From: a virus
DNA length: 34,962 bases
IMG/VR virus record: IMGVR_UViG_3300012348_000038
Strand: one strand, 5' to 3'
Below the pieces are notes generated by a model. The model saw only the letters and a program-made list of their open reading frames with translations. It did no database searches and was not told the origin of the DNA. A program made the position numbers and the translations under genes. Numbering within the stretch: position 1 is the stretch's first letter; every line of letters starts with the position of its first letter. Positions 1 to 7,241 of the stretch are shown one piece after another.

Positions 1-55
1 AAAATTGTCTCGCGCCCTTCGCCTATATTTCACTTTTCAGAAAAATGGCAAAAAA
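1..55. repeat. Terminal direct repeat, left copy (identical to 34908..34962)
   Basis: Bases 1-55 (aaaattgtctcgcgccc...aaaaatggcaaaaaa) recur exactly as the last 55 bases. This is typical of an assembler overlap on a circular or circularly permuted molecule. Confidence 0.95.
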
Positions 56-90
56 TGGCAAAAAAGTTTAGAAAATTCTAAAAAACTAAA
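41..90. promoter_or_regulatory. Five A4-A6 tracts phased at 10 bp, including tandem aaaaatggca x2 (bent-DNA element; ori, pac or UP-like candidate)
   Basis: A-tracts start at about 41, 50, 60, 72 and 80, giving helical-repeat phasing. The element lies in the roughly 290-bp intergenic region that spans the circular junction. Confidence 0.5.
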
Positions 91-136
91 CTATTGATTG
101 AGAATCGCGGCAAAAAATAAACCGGCCGGCATTTAA

Positions 137-179
137 CGTATGACGTTATAAAAACTGGTTGCGTATGACGCATTATAAA
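137..179. repeat. Direct repeat cgtatgacg(N0-2)ttataaa x2 (iteron or operator-like)
   Basis: cgtatgacgttataaa at 137-152 and cgtatgacgcattataaa at 162-179, both in non-coding DNA. Confidence 0.5.
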
Positions 180-300
180 CGTTTTAAATTGTTGGCTGAT
201 ACAATGTGTTAAGTTAAGCAATAAAACCATCCATAGCGCTTAAAAATGGCCTTGCCGAGTGTTTCATGTGATAATTAGCCAGTGCATAAACGATAGACAA

Positions 301-326
301 CAAAAAAGCCCATATTCCAGGGCTTA
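301..326 (-). terminator. Rho-independent terminator ending the left minus-strand operon
   Basis: On the minus strand the sequence reads AAGCCC-tggaatat-GGGCTT followed by a T-run. It lies directly downstream of the stop at 343. Confidence 0.6.
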
Positions 327-342
327 ATTGTATGTTTTAAGT

Positions 343-507
343 TTAATTAGCAAGTTCAGCCATAATTGATTGAGTTAAGCGGGCTTCATTATTAAATTGC
401 TGCCTGGTGCACTCACTAAAATCTATTTGCATTTGATTCTGTATGTTTAATGCACTGTTTAAATCAATGTTTAATAGTTCTGATATCCATCGAGTATAAA
501 TATTCAT
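343..507 (-). CDS. Hypothetical small protein (54 aa, MNIYTRWISELLNIDLNSAL...)
   Basis: Hand-translated ORF below the track cutoff. The ATG is preceded by AAAGGGG, and the ORF is tightly packed with the upstream gene (1-nt gap). Confidence 0.45.
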   Translation of the reverse strand: MNIYTRWISELLNIDLNSALNIQNQMQIDFSECTRQQFNNEARLTQSIMAELAN

Positions 508-508
508 G

Positions 509-688
509 TTAAGCCCCTTTAACGTGTTTTAATTCTTCGGCCAATTCTTCATTGGTCATATGCTCAAAACCTTTAAAGCCATAAACAAGTAAATCATGCA
601 GCATGCCATCGTTTACGGCGCTATCGTTATAGCAAAGGTCTAGGTTTAGCTTAATTAGCTTTTCTATTGTCTTTTCTCGTCTAGTCAT
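509..688 (-). CDS. Hypothetical small protein (59 aa, MTRREKTIEKLIKLNLDLCY...)
   Basis: Hand-translated ORF below the track cutoff. The ATG is preceded by AAAAGGGG, and the ORF is packed in the operon. Confidence 0.45.
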   Translation of the reverse strand: MTRREKTIEKLIKLNLDLCYNDSAVNDGMLHDLLVYGFKGFEHMTNEELAEELKHVKGA

Positions 689-701
689 GATTAAGCCCCT
701 T

Positions 702-974
702 TTAATAAGATATTCTATAAGTCATTAAAGGCGCCTCAATTGCATCAGGGTTTAGTTTTACGCTGAATTCATTAAAAGAACTTGCAATAAAATCGCTAGC
801 TGGTTTATCTAAGTAAAGCCATGACCCACCTTCAAACTGTATGGCATTAGATTGACGTTTGATGATTTTGCGTGGCTTGTTAAGCAATGGGCCATTAGGG
901 AACCAGTCATGGCGAGTCATGGTTAAAATGGCGCCTTCAGTCAACGCGCGTTTAATATCTGCAAATGTTTTCAT
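702..974 (-). CDS. Hypothetical early protein (90 aa)
   Basis: ORF-track ORF with an AAAGG SD inside the conserved leader motif. No family recognised with confidence. Confidence 0.6.
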   Translation of the reverse strand: MKTFADIKRALTEGAILTMTRHDWFPNGPLLNKPRKIIKRQSNAIQFEGGSWLYLDKPASDFIASSFNEFSVKLNPDAIEAPLMTYRISY

Positions 975-1017
975 AATAGTTACCTTTCGATAGTGTTTAT
1001 ATAATATGGCTTAAAGC

Positions 1018-1049
1018 AAGCCCATAAACCCACGCGCTAGCATGGGCTT
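1018..1049 (-). other. 8-bp inverted repeat (AAGCCCAT ... ATGGGCTT, 16-nt loop) between two minus-strand genes
   Basis: Perfect 8-bp stem seen in the sequence. No T-run follows, so it is a processing or attenuation hairpin candidate rather than a clear terminator. Confidence 0.4.
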
Positions 1050-1059
1050 ATAGAATGAT

Positions 1060-1743
1060 TTAAAAGCTAGTGTCACCGTTTATAGTTCTGCCGTTATACT
1101 TTGCGCATAGTGCATCAATGCCATCATTATCTAAGTATTGAGTGTCACCAGTGAGCGAGTTATAAATCGCAACGTCACCGCCTGAGTTATAATCAAGACA
1201 ATCATCGCCATCTAAACCGAAGAACGCCATTTCAGTCAAAAAATAGTCTGATTCTATTTTAAATAGTTTTGCATCGGTATATCCGCCACGAACGTCGGCG
1301 CCTTGATGCACTTGCAACAATACATATTCTTCAATGCCGTTTTTTAAGAACGTTCCCTGCAATGTTTGGCTTAAATCAGAACTCCAGTTATAAGTATTAA
1401 ACTCGTTTCGGTGTTTGTTAACTTCAAACTCGTTCTTTTCTAGCCATTTGCACTGATTATCGCTAGTTCCATAATAGTCGCCATCCCAGTTCTCGCATTT
1501 TAGTTTATTAAAGCGCTGGCAATAGTCATCAAGTTCTAGCGTTTTTGTTAAGTGGTGAAATACTGAAAAGGTAACGTCCAAATAACTATCGAACGTGACT
1601 GAAACGGCTGGCTCAGCTTTAAAATCATTTAGTGACTTGCTAGCATTGCGCTGCCACATTCTGCCATTGTCACCGCCTGAGTCGCACATGTGAGTGCCGG
1701 TATTGGTTTTAAGCATTGAGTAGATAAGGTTTTCGATTTTCAT
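1060..1743 (-). CDS. Hypothetical early protein (227 aa)
   Basis: Long ORF with an SD in the conserved leader. Acidic, with motifs GTHMCDSGG and HQGADVRGGYT. Family not recognised. Confidence 0.7.
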   Translation of the reverse strand: MKIENLIYSMLKTNTGTHMCDSGGDNGRMWQRNASKSLNDFKAEPAVSVTFDSYLDVTFSVFHHLTKTLELDDYCQRFNKLKCENWDGDYYGTSDNQCKWLEKNEFEVNKHRNEFNTYNWSSDLSQTLQGTFLKNGIEEYVLLQVHQGADVRGGYTDAKLFKIESDYFLTEMAFFGLDGDDCLDYNSGGDVAIYNSLTGDTQYLDNDGIDALCAKYNGRTINGDTSF

Positions 1744-1754
1744 AATAGTGGCCT

Positions 1755-1874
1755 TTATAGTGTTGCAATAAATAGTAAACTGATGATTGTTAAAATAAAC
1801 CCGGCAGCAGCTAGATAATCAATAAATGTTATAGGGCTGGCTGGCTTATGGTTCTTATAATCGCGCATTATCAT
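1755..1874 (-). CDS. Possible small membrane protein (39 aa, ...FIDYLAAAGFILTIISLLFIATL)
   Basis: Hand-translated. One hydrophobic helix. The start lies 2 nt after the upstream stop, within a gcttaatcATG context shared with the gene starting at 688. Confidence 0.35.
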   Translation of the reverse strand: MIMRDYKNHKPASPITFIDYLAAAGFILTIISLLFIATL

Positions 1875-1876
1875 GA

Positions 1877-2092
1877 TTAAGCACCAACCAATTGATTTTT
1901 AGCATTAGTTAAAGCATAGATAAGCGCTTGCAATTGATCCGGAGTGTCAAAAAACAATTCTATATGCTCAGCGCTATTTGCTTGTTGATATTTGCCTTGG
2001 GTGTTAATGGTTAGGCTGATAACAGAAAAGTCATCAAAATGCTTAATGTTAGCGCCAGCGTCAATGATATTGTGTATTTGAATAGTAGCCAT
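1877..2092 (-). CDS. Hypothetical early protein (71 aa), first gene of the left operon
   Basis: ORF-track ORF. SD AAAGG lies in the conserved leader, downstream of the TTGCAT-18-TATAAT promoter. Confidence 0.6.
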   Translation of the reverse strand: MATIQIHNIIDAGANIKHFDDFSVISLTINTQGKYQQANSAEHIELFFDTPDQLQALIYALTNAKNQLVGA

Positions 2093-2149
2093 GATAGTTT
2101 GCCTTTATAGTGTTTAAATAATTGCGCCTTGTTGTCTAGGCGGTGAGCC

Positions 2150-2179
2150 ATTATAAAACCAGTCTAAAAAATCATGCAA
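2150..2179 (-). promoter_or_regulatory. Sigma70-like promoter for the left minus-strand operon
   Basis: The minus strand reads TTGCAT (rc of 2174-2179), an 18-nt spacer, then TATAAT (rc of 2150-2155). Confidence 0.55.
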
Positions 2180-2241
2180 GCACTAAATGCGATATTTATG
2201 GGATATAACGATACACGTTTTAAATGATATACTGGCCATTC

Positions 2242-2256
2242 ATAAGTAAAACTTAT
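2242..2256. promoter_or_regulatory. Palindromic operator ATAAGT-aaa-ACTTAT, copy 1
   Basis: Perfect inverted repeat between a TATACT -10-like hexamer (2228-2233) and the ATG at 2262. The 16-mer cataagtaaaacttat is identical to 33386-33401. Confidence 0.55.
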
Positions 2257-2261
2257 TAAAC

Positions 2262-2855
2262 ATGTTCAATCTACCAGCTAAGCCAAGCATTGAGTTAAAA
2301 GAGAAAAAGCCAGACGCGCGGCAATTCTCGGTTGTGCCATTGAGGGCAATACACGATAAGAGGCTAACAAGGGGCGATTTAATCAATCTAATGGCTTTAT
2401 GTTCTTATTGCTCACCCAATGGGTTCACTTTCGTGGCGTATAGCACAATCGCAAAGTTAAGAGGTTGCAGCCCTCAATACATTGGTAAGAGCTTAAAAAA
2501 GATTGCAGGCTTAGGATACTTTGAAATAGTAAGAAGCGGATACACCGGACTAAGAGGTGCATTAAAGCGTGTTATATATGACAGCAGCTTAACAAGTGAT
2601 GACCAAGTAAGCATAAGCAATCATTCTATCAACGAAACAATACTAAGTGAGACTAATACAATGGCTAGATATAACAAGGCAATTAAACCAGCTAGCAATA
2701 AAGCTAAGGTTGATAATACAGCGATAACATTTGAGGATGCGATGCTAGTTGTCCAGCACTCTCTCAAAACTGATTCAGACTTACTAACACTTGAGCGCCT
2801 AGTCTATCAAGGCATTACACTAGCACAGCTTAAGCATACCTATAACATAGTGTAA
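2262..2855 (+). CDS. Winged-helix/HTH DNA-binding protein (regulator or initiator-like)
   Basis: The segment LTRGDLINLMALCSYCSPNGFTFVAYSTIAKLRGCSPQYIGKSLKKIAGLGYFEIV resembles MarR or Rep-type wHTH domains. The operator palindrome lies in its leader. Confidence 0.6.
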   Translation: MFNLPAKPSIELKEKKPDARQFSVVPLRAIHDKRLTRGDLINLMALCSYCSPNGFTFVAYSTIAKLRGCSPQYIGKSLKKIAGLGYFEIVRSGYTGLRGALKRVIYDSSLTSDDQVSISNHSINETILSETNTMARYNKAIKPASNKAKVDNTAITFEDAMLVVQHSLKTDSDLLTLERLVYQGITLAQLKHTYNIV

Positions 2856-2864
2856 GTATTGCAA

Positions 2865-3016
2865 GGCCTACCTGGCCGTGCCTATCATTCTCGGTAATTA
2901 TCATGCTGGGTGCTATGCGATTCTGTCTGAGTGAGCGCTGGTGAGAAGGCACCCATTGCCCCCCGGCCCCTCGCCTAGCGGTAGGGGTGTATGACTGAAT
3001 TTTTCCCAGCTTTTTT
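2865..3016 (+). other. GC-rich structured island in non-coding DNA (candidate ncRNA, attenuator or recombination site)
   Basis: Stems found: GGCC-tacct-GGCC (2865-2877), TGGGTGC/GCACCCA (2907-2913 with 2949-2955), GGCCG/CGGCC (2874-2878 with 2963-2967), CCCCT/AGGGG, and the alternative GCTGGG/CCCAGC (2905-2910 with 3005-3010) followed by T6. By hand count about 38 of 60 bases in 2941-3000 are G/C, against an AT-rich background. Confidence 0.35.
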
Positions 3017-3513
3017 ATAAACACATGTATACATAATGCGTATTTTTATACACGTTATTTTGATATGTATATATTGTGGGGTTTTATAGACACGTTACCA
3101 GTGATGGATAACGTTGACTATTAATGTGATGTCAGCAATAACTGCTAGTAGTAGGAATAGGATGTTTTGCATGATGTGTATGGTGTGTAATTAAAGACAA
3201 TACCTAACCTAACCCGAATAAATAAAGTATTCAGATTAAAACAATATTGTTGGTTACTCGCTAATAGATGTAATCATTTAGCTAGACTTCGAGTGTCTAT
3301 TATCTTTCACCAACTCTACTGCGCTTCTCTCGTTTATCTAAGCTAGGATTGAATATCCCCCACAGCTCACAGCCCCGATATTTATAGTCATTGTCATTTA
3401 TGACGTTTAAGGAGAACTCTGCGGTACGCTACGTTTATCTGCATCTGTCGAAGCTACATTTGCAAGGGCTGGGTAATGGCCCCGTAAGAATCAATATAGA
3501 CTAATTTACCCTA

Positions 3514-3541
3514 TTGTGCAAGACATTTATTATGCTATACT
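3514..3541 (+). promoter_or_regulatory. Sigma70-like promoter ahead of the long plus-strand operon
   Basis: TTGTGC, a 16-nt spacer, then TGcTATACT (extended -10). It lies 34 nt upstream of the ATG at 3575. Confidence 0.45.
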
Positions 3542-3574
3542 CAGATATGAATGAGATATATAAAGGGTTGACAA

Positions 3575-3709
3575 ATGGAATTGATATTGATTGGAGCTAG
3601 TACTGTCTTACTGGTTGCTCTTATTGTGTATTATGTGAAGACTGCTTTTAGTGAAATAGAACGTTTAGATAAAGAAAATGATTTAGAGGACATAGATTAT
3701 GGCTGCTAG
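3575..3709 (+). CDS. Possible small membrane protein (44 aa, MELILIGASTVLLVALIVYYV...)
   Basis: Hand-translated. N-terminal TM helix followed by an acidic tail. Overlaps the next start by 11 nt. Confidence 0.4.
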   Translation: MELILIGASTVLLVALIVYYVKTAFSEIERLDKENDLEDIDYGC

Positions 3710-3884
3710 TGATTACAATAACTTCTTAGTAAGGCTGACACCTAAGAGCAGAGCATTGCTTGATATTGCCAGCAAAGAATTAGAGATGCCTAGGGCGCAC
3801 ATTATTAATAACGCCTTAAAGTCTTATTTAAATAAATACAATGATGGTAGTTTAAACGAGCGTATAAACAGGTTGGCTAAATGA
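3699..3884 (+). CDS. Ribbon-helix-helix (CopG/Arc-like) DNA-binding protein
   Basis: FLVRLTPKSRALLDIASKELEMPRAHIINNALKSYL fits the beta-strand plus two-helix RHH pattern. SD AGGA is present. Confidence 0.55.
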   Translation: MAASDYNNFLVRLTPKSRALLDIASKELEMPRAHIINNALKSYLNKYNDGSLNERINRLAK

Positions 3885-4231
3885 TATTGACCCTGCCGTA
3901 CCCACCATCGGTTAATACTTACTGGAGAGCAAATGGCAAACGACGATTCTTATCAAAAGCTGGTGTGGAGTTTAAACAAGCTGTTCAGGAGTATGTTATT
4001 GATAATTCAATTCCTAAGTTTGGCAGTGTTCGCCTTCGCATGGATGTGGTTATTCGCCCTCGTAGTCGTCGCATATTTGATATTGACAATCTTCTCAAAG
4101 CTATCCTCGACTCGTTGATGGATGCTGGTGTCTATGATGATGATAGCCAGGTAGATGATTTACGCATAACGCGTGGCGACCCATGTAAAGATGGCGCTTG
4201 TATTGTAGTAATAGAGGAAATAAATGGCTGA
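3881..4231 (+). CDS. rusA: RusA-family Holliday junction resolvase
   Basis: LPYPPSVNTYWR ... DIDNLLKAILDSLMDAGVYDDDSQV matches the classic RusA signature. ATGA overlap with the upstream gene. Confidence 0.85.
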   Translation: MILTLPYPPSVNTYWRANGKRRFLSKAGVEFKQAVQEYVIDNSIPKFGSVRLRMDVVIRPRSRRIFDIDNLLKAILDSLMDAGVYDDDSQVDDLRITRGDPCKDGACIVVIEEING

Positions 4232-4685
4232 GACAGAAGATACGCGTAAGATTAAACGCATACCGTCATTAAAGAACTACGGTGGTGTCCGCACTATACA
4301 GAAAACATTAGAACGCTCTGCAACGCTAGAGGCTAACCGTGAGGCCGTGGCTTATGCACTGTTAACCATGGCTAACACAAACCTTACTGACATAATGAGT
4401 TGGGATGAACATGGGACAATTAAAGTTAAGGCGTCGAAGGACATACCGGAACACGCACTTCAGGCAATTAAAAGCATTAAATCGAACACTAGGTATGATA
4501 AGGATGGGAACGCGACGACAACATTGGATATTGAACTATTCGATAAAATTGGAGTATTGCGGTTATTGGCTAAAGCGTCAGGGTTATTGGACCAAGCCCA
4601 AGAAAGTGACAAGCCTTCAGTCATTGGTGTAAACATTGTAGCTCCAGACCCTATAGACGCAGAGGTAGTAGATGGCGAAAGTTAA
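4224..4685 (+). CDS. terS: Terminase small subunit
   Basis: Lies immediately upstream of, and overlapping, the large terminase. The C-terminal ...LFDKIGVLRLLAKASGLL pattern is typical of P27-type small terminases. Confidence 0.7.
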   Translation: MAETEDTRKIKRIPSLKNYGGVRTIQKTLERSATLEANREAVAYALLTMANTNLTDIMSWDEHGTIKVKASKDIPEHALQAIKSIKSNTRYDKDGNATTTLDIELFDKIGVLRLLAKASGLLDQAQESDKPSVIGVNIVAPDPIDAEVVDGES

Positions 4686-6228
4686 AGAACAAAGTGGTAA
4701 ACAGGTATCTTTTGATGGCTTAAACCTAAACTTCAGTAAAAGCCCAGAGGTATACAAGTTTTTGCAAGACGATTCCTTTGTGCAAGGCTTGATGGGGCCT
4801 GTAGGTAGTGGCAAGTCATACGCTTGCTGTGCAAAGATATTCATTAAAGCGCTACAGCAGAAGCCATCACCTGTGGATAACATTCGATACACGCGTTTTG
4901 CCGTAGTGCGAAACAGTTATCCTATGTTAAAGACAACTACCATTAAAACATGGCTTGACTTGTTCCCAGAATCCACGTTTGGGCCATTGCTTTGGACTCC
5001 GCCTATTACTCACCACATCCGTTTGCCTGCAAAAGGTGAGGCTGCTGGTGTGGATTGCGAAGTTATCTTCTTAGCGCTAGACCAACCTAAAGATGTGCGT
5101 AAGTTGCTGTCATTAGAGTTGACTGGTGCGTGGGTAAACGAGGCGCGTGAGCTACCAAAGGCTGTAATTGATGGGCTTACACACAGGGTAGGCCGTTATC
5201 CTACCAAACGTGATGGTGGTGCTACATGGCATGGCGTATTTATGGACACCAACCCTATGGATGACGACCATTGGTGGCACAGAGTAGCTGAGAAAGAGAA
5301 GGTAACTGGCGCATACGCTTGGAAGTTCTTTAATCAGCCCGGTGGCGTGATAGAAGTAGACCCATCTGACTTGCCTGACAATCCTGAAGCCAATGACCAC
5401 ATCTTTGCGTCTGGTCGCTGGTGGAAGATTAACCCAAAAGCAGAGAACTTAAACAATCTGCCTGCTGGCTACTATCCACAGATGCTTGGTGGTAAGAACT
5501 TAGACTGGATTCGCTGTTATGCAGAGGGTAAGTATACCTATGTGCAAGAAGGTCGCCCTGTATGGCCTGAATATAACGACCAAATGATGTCTGCTACCGT
5601 AGAATACGACGATTCACAGCCAATACAGATAGGATTGGACTTTGGTTTGACGCCTGCAGCAGTGATTGGACAGCGTTTATCTAATGGTAGATGGGTTGTA
5701 TTGCATGAAATAGTCACAGAAGACATGGGGCTAGAGCGTTTTGGTCAGCAATTGCTTGCAGAATTGAACGCTAGATACCAAAAAGCACAAGTAATGATGT
5801 GGGGCGACCCTGCTGGTATGCAACGAGATGCCATTTATGAGGTCACAGCCTTTGATTATCTGCGAACATTAGGGCTAAGAGCGCAACCAACGCACTCAAA
5901 TGACTTTAAAGTACGTCGTGAAGGCGCTGCTGCCCCAATGCAACGACTGATTGATGGCAAGCCGGGCTTGATTGTAGACACTTCATGCAAGATGTTGCGT
6001 AAATCACTAGCTGGTGGGTACCATTTCAAGCGTGTTTCTGTAGGTGCAGGGCAAGAACGCTTCCGTGATGCGCCAAACAAGAACGAACACTCACACGTTG
6101 GCGACGCATTTGGCTATTTAATGCTAGGTGGCGGTGAGCATAAGCGTATGACACGTAATCCATTAGCCTCTAGTGGCCCTATATTTGCAAGAACTGTTAT
6201 GAGCGACTTCGATGTATTTAAGTATTAA
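4672..6228 (+). CDS. terL: Terminase large subunit
   Basis: Walker A motif GPVGSGKSYA, later acidic and nuclease-type motifs, 518 aa, and its position in the genome. Confidence 0.9.
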   Translation: MAKVKEQSGKQVSFDGLNLNFSKSPEVYKFLQDDSFVQGLMGPVGSGKSYACCAKIFIKALQQKPSPVDNIRYTRFAVVRNSYPMLKTTTIKTWLDLFPESTFGPLLWTPPITHHIRLPAKGEAAGVDCEVIFLALDQPKDVRKLLSLELTGAWVNEARELPKAVIDGLTHRVGRYPTKRDGGATWHGVFMDTNPMDDDHWWHRVAEKEKVTGAYAWKFFNQPGGVIEVDPSDLPDNPEANDHIFASGRWWKINPKAENLNNLPAGYYPQMLGGKNLDWIRCYAEGKYTYVQEGRPVWPEYNDQMMSATVEYDDSQPIQIGLDFGLTPAAVIGQRLSNGRWVVLHEIVTEDMGLERFGQQLLAELNARYQKAQVMMWGDPAGMQRDAIYEVTAFDYLRTLGLRAQPTHSNDFKVRREGAAAPMQRLIDGKPGLIVDTSCKMLRKSLAGGYHFKRVSVGAGQERFRDAPNKNEHSHVGDAFGYLMLGGGEHKRMTRNPLASSGPIFARTVMSDFDVFKY

Positions 6229-6700
6229 AGACCTAAACGATAATCTGCCTAAAGTTAAAGGGCTTATCTTTGTTCCGTTCATAGTTGAGCATGCTATGGA
6301 CATTTCTGAAGGCGAATTTGCTGGTTATTCTGCACAACGCATGGTTGGCGTCAGACAATTACTAGAACATCAAGCACAATTTGGCTTTGCCTTTACTTGT
6401 TTCTACTATGGCAAGCCAGTCGCCTGCTTTGGTTGCGCCCCATTGTGGAAAGGCGTGGCTGAGATGTGGTCAGTCATTGGAGACGTAGCTAGAACTCGGC
6501 CAATCGCCATGACTAAGGTAGGAATTGCAGTGGCAGATATGGCTGAGATAGCTATGGGCTTGCATAGATTGCAAATAACTGTTAAAACATCGGATGCGAG
6601 AGCTGTTTCTTGGGCTAAAGCTATCGGGTTTATATCTGAGTGTACTATGAAAGAGTATAGCGAGGATAAGTTTGATTACAATTTAATGGTTAGGAGATAG
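6212..6700 (+). CDS. GNAT-fold-like (acetyltransferase-like) protein
   Basis: The C-terminal RLQITVKTSDARAVSWAKAIGFISECTMKEY resembles the GNAT beta4-alpha3/beta5 region. Assignment is tentative. Confidence 0.4.
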   Translation: MYLSIKDLNDNLPKVKGLIFVPFIVEHAMDISEGEFAGYSAQRMVGVRQLLEHQAQFGFAFTCFYYGKPVACFGCAPLWKGVAEMWSVIGDVARTRPIAMTKVGIAVADMAEIAMGLHRLQITVKTSDARAVSWAKAIGFISECTMKEYSEDKFDYNLMVRR

Positions 6701-6702
6701 AT

Positions 6703-6933
6703 ATGGGCAGTATTGTTGGTGGTGGTGGTGACGGTGGTGCAGGTGCAATGTTGGCTCAACAACAAGCAGAAGCAGAAAAGATGCGTAAACAGGCTGAAGC
6801 TGAGAAGCGCGACTTAAATGAACAGATAGCGTCTGGCCGTATGGCTCGTGCTCGTGGTGGTGCTCGTATGTTGTTATCAGAACAGCGCCTAAACCCAGAA
6901 GAAGGTTTATCTACACCAACTACACTAGGATAA
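6703..6933 (+). CDS. Hypothetical Gly-rich/coiled small protein (76 aa)
   Basis: ORF-track ORF, co-directional and tightly packed in the operon. Confidence 0.55.
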   Translation: MGSIVGGGGDGGAGAMLAQQQAEAEKMRKQAEAEKRDLNEQIASGRMARARGGARMLLSEQRLNPEEGLSTPTTLG

Positions 6934-6936
6934 TCC

Positions 6937-7089
6937 ATGAAAGAAACTTCTAAAATGCAGAAGAAAGTGGCCAAAGTTATGCGCGAGTATAAGGCTGGTA
7001 CACTTAAGTCTAGTTCTGGCGACAAAGTAACAAGCCATGACCAAGCCGTAGCCATAGCCATGAGTGAAGCAGGAGTAAAGCGCAAATGA
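6937..7089 (+). CDS. Small conserved phage protein (50 aa, MREYKAGTLKSSSGDKVTSHDQAVAIAMSEAG motif)
   Basis: Hand-translated. The K-x-G-x-L-x-S...Q-A-x-AIA-x-SEA pattern is a recurrent small phage and bacterial family. The antisense 109-aa ORF is therefore treated as spurious. Confidence 0.6.
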   Translation: MKETSKMQKKVAKVMREYKAGTLKSSSGDKVTSHDQAVAIAMSEAGVKRK

Positions 7090-7241
7090 GCATAGAGATA
7101 ACAGTAACGTTAGAAGCAGAAGACTTGAAAAAAGATAAACGACTATCTAAGTATGTAATGCAGATGCTTGCAAAACAAAGCAAAGAGAAGAAAAAGTCTT
7201 TGATTGAGGATATGCCAGAAGACGAAGAAATGGATGACTAA
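7086..7241 (+). CDS. Hypothetical charged small protein (51 aa)
   Basis: Hand-translated. It has 4-nt overlaps with the neighbour at each end (7086-7089 upstream; TAATG downstream). Confidence 0.4.
   Translation: MSIEITVTLEAEDLKKDKRLSKYVMQMLAKQSKEKKKSLIEDMPEDEEMDD

Noticed and set aside
2955-2990. tRNA or tmRNA 3'-end fragment (possible attP core), based on CCCCCCGGC and CCTAGCGGTAGG.
   Set aside because: There is no matching T-arm 5' half and no acceptor/CCA context. The resemblance is limited to a C-run. It cannot be supported without a host comparison.
2830-3024. Minus-strand 64-aa ORF (basic, RRGAGGQW...) covering the GC-rich island.
   Set aside because: It has no SD, overlaps the 3' end of the convergent wHTH gene, and its codon composition is unlike the rest of the genome. 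The region is more plausibly structured non-coding DNA.
3129-3194. 21-codon ORF ending MFCMMCMVCN (Cys/Met-rich, RiPP-like), and an antisense 25-aa hydrophobic ORF (MQNILFLLLAVIADITLIVNVIHHW, type I toxin-like).
   Set aside because: Neither has a recognisable SD or other supporting context. Short ORFs of this kind are expected by chance in 700 bp of AT-rich DNA.
6756-7085. Minus-strand 109-aa ORF opposite the small plus-strand genes.
   Set aside because: It is antisense to a recognisable conserved small protein (AIAMSEAG family) and to tightly coupled plus-strand genes. It has no SD.
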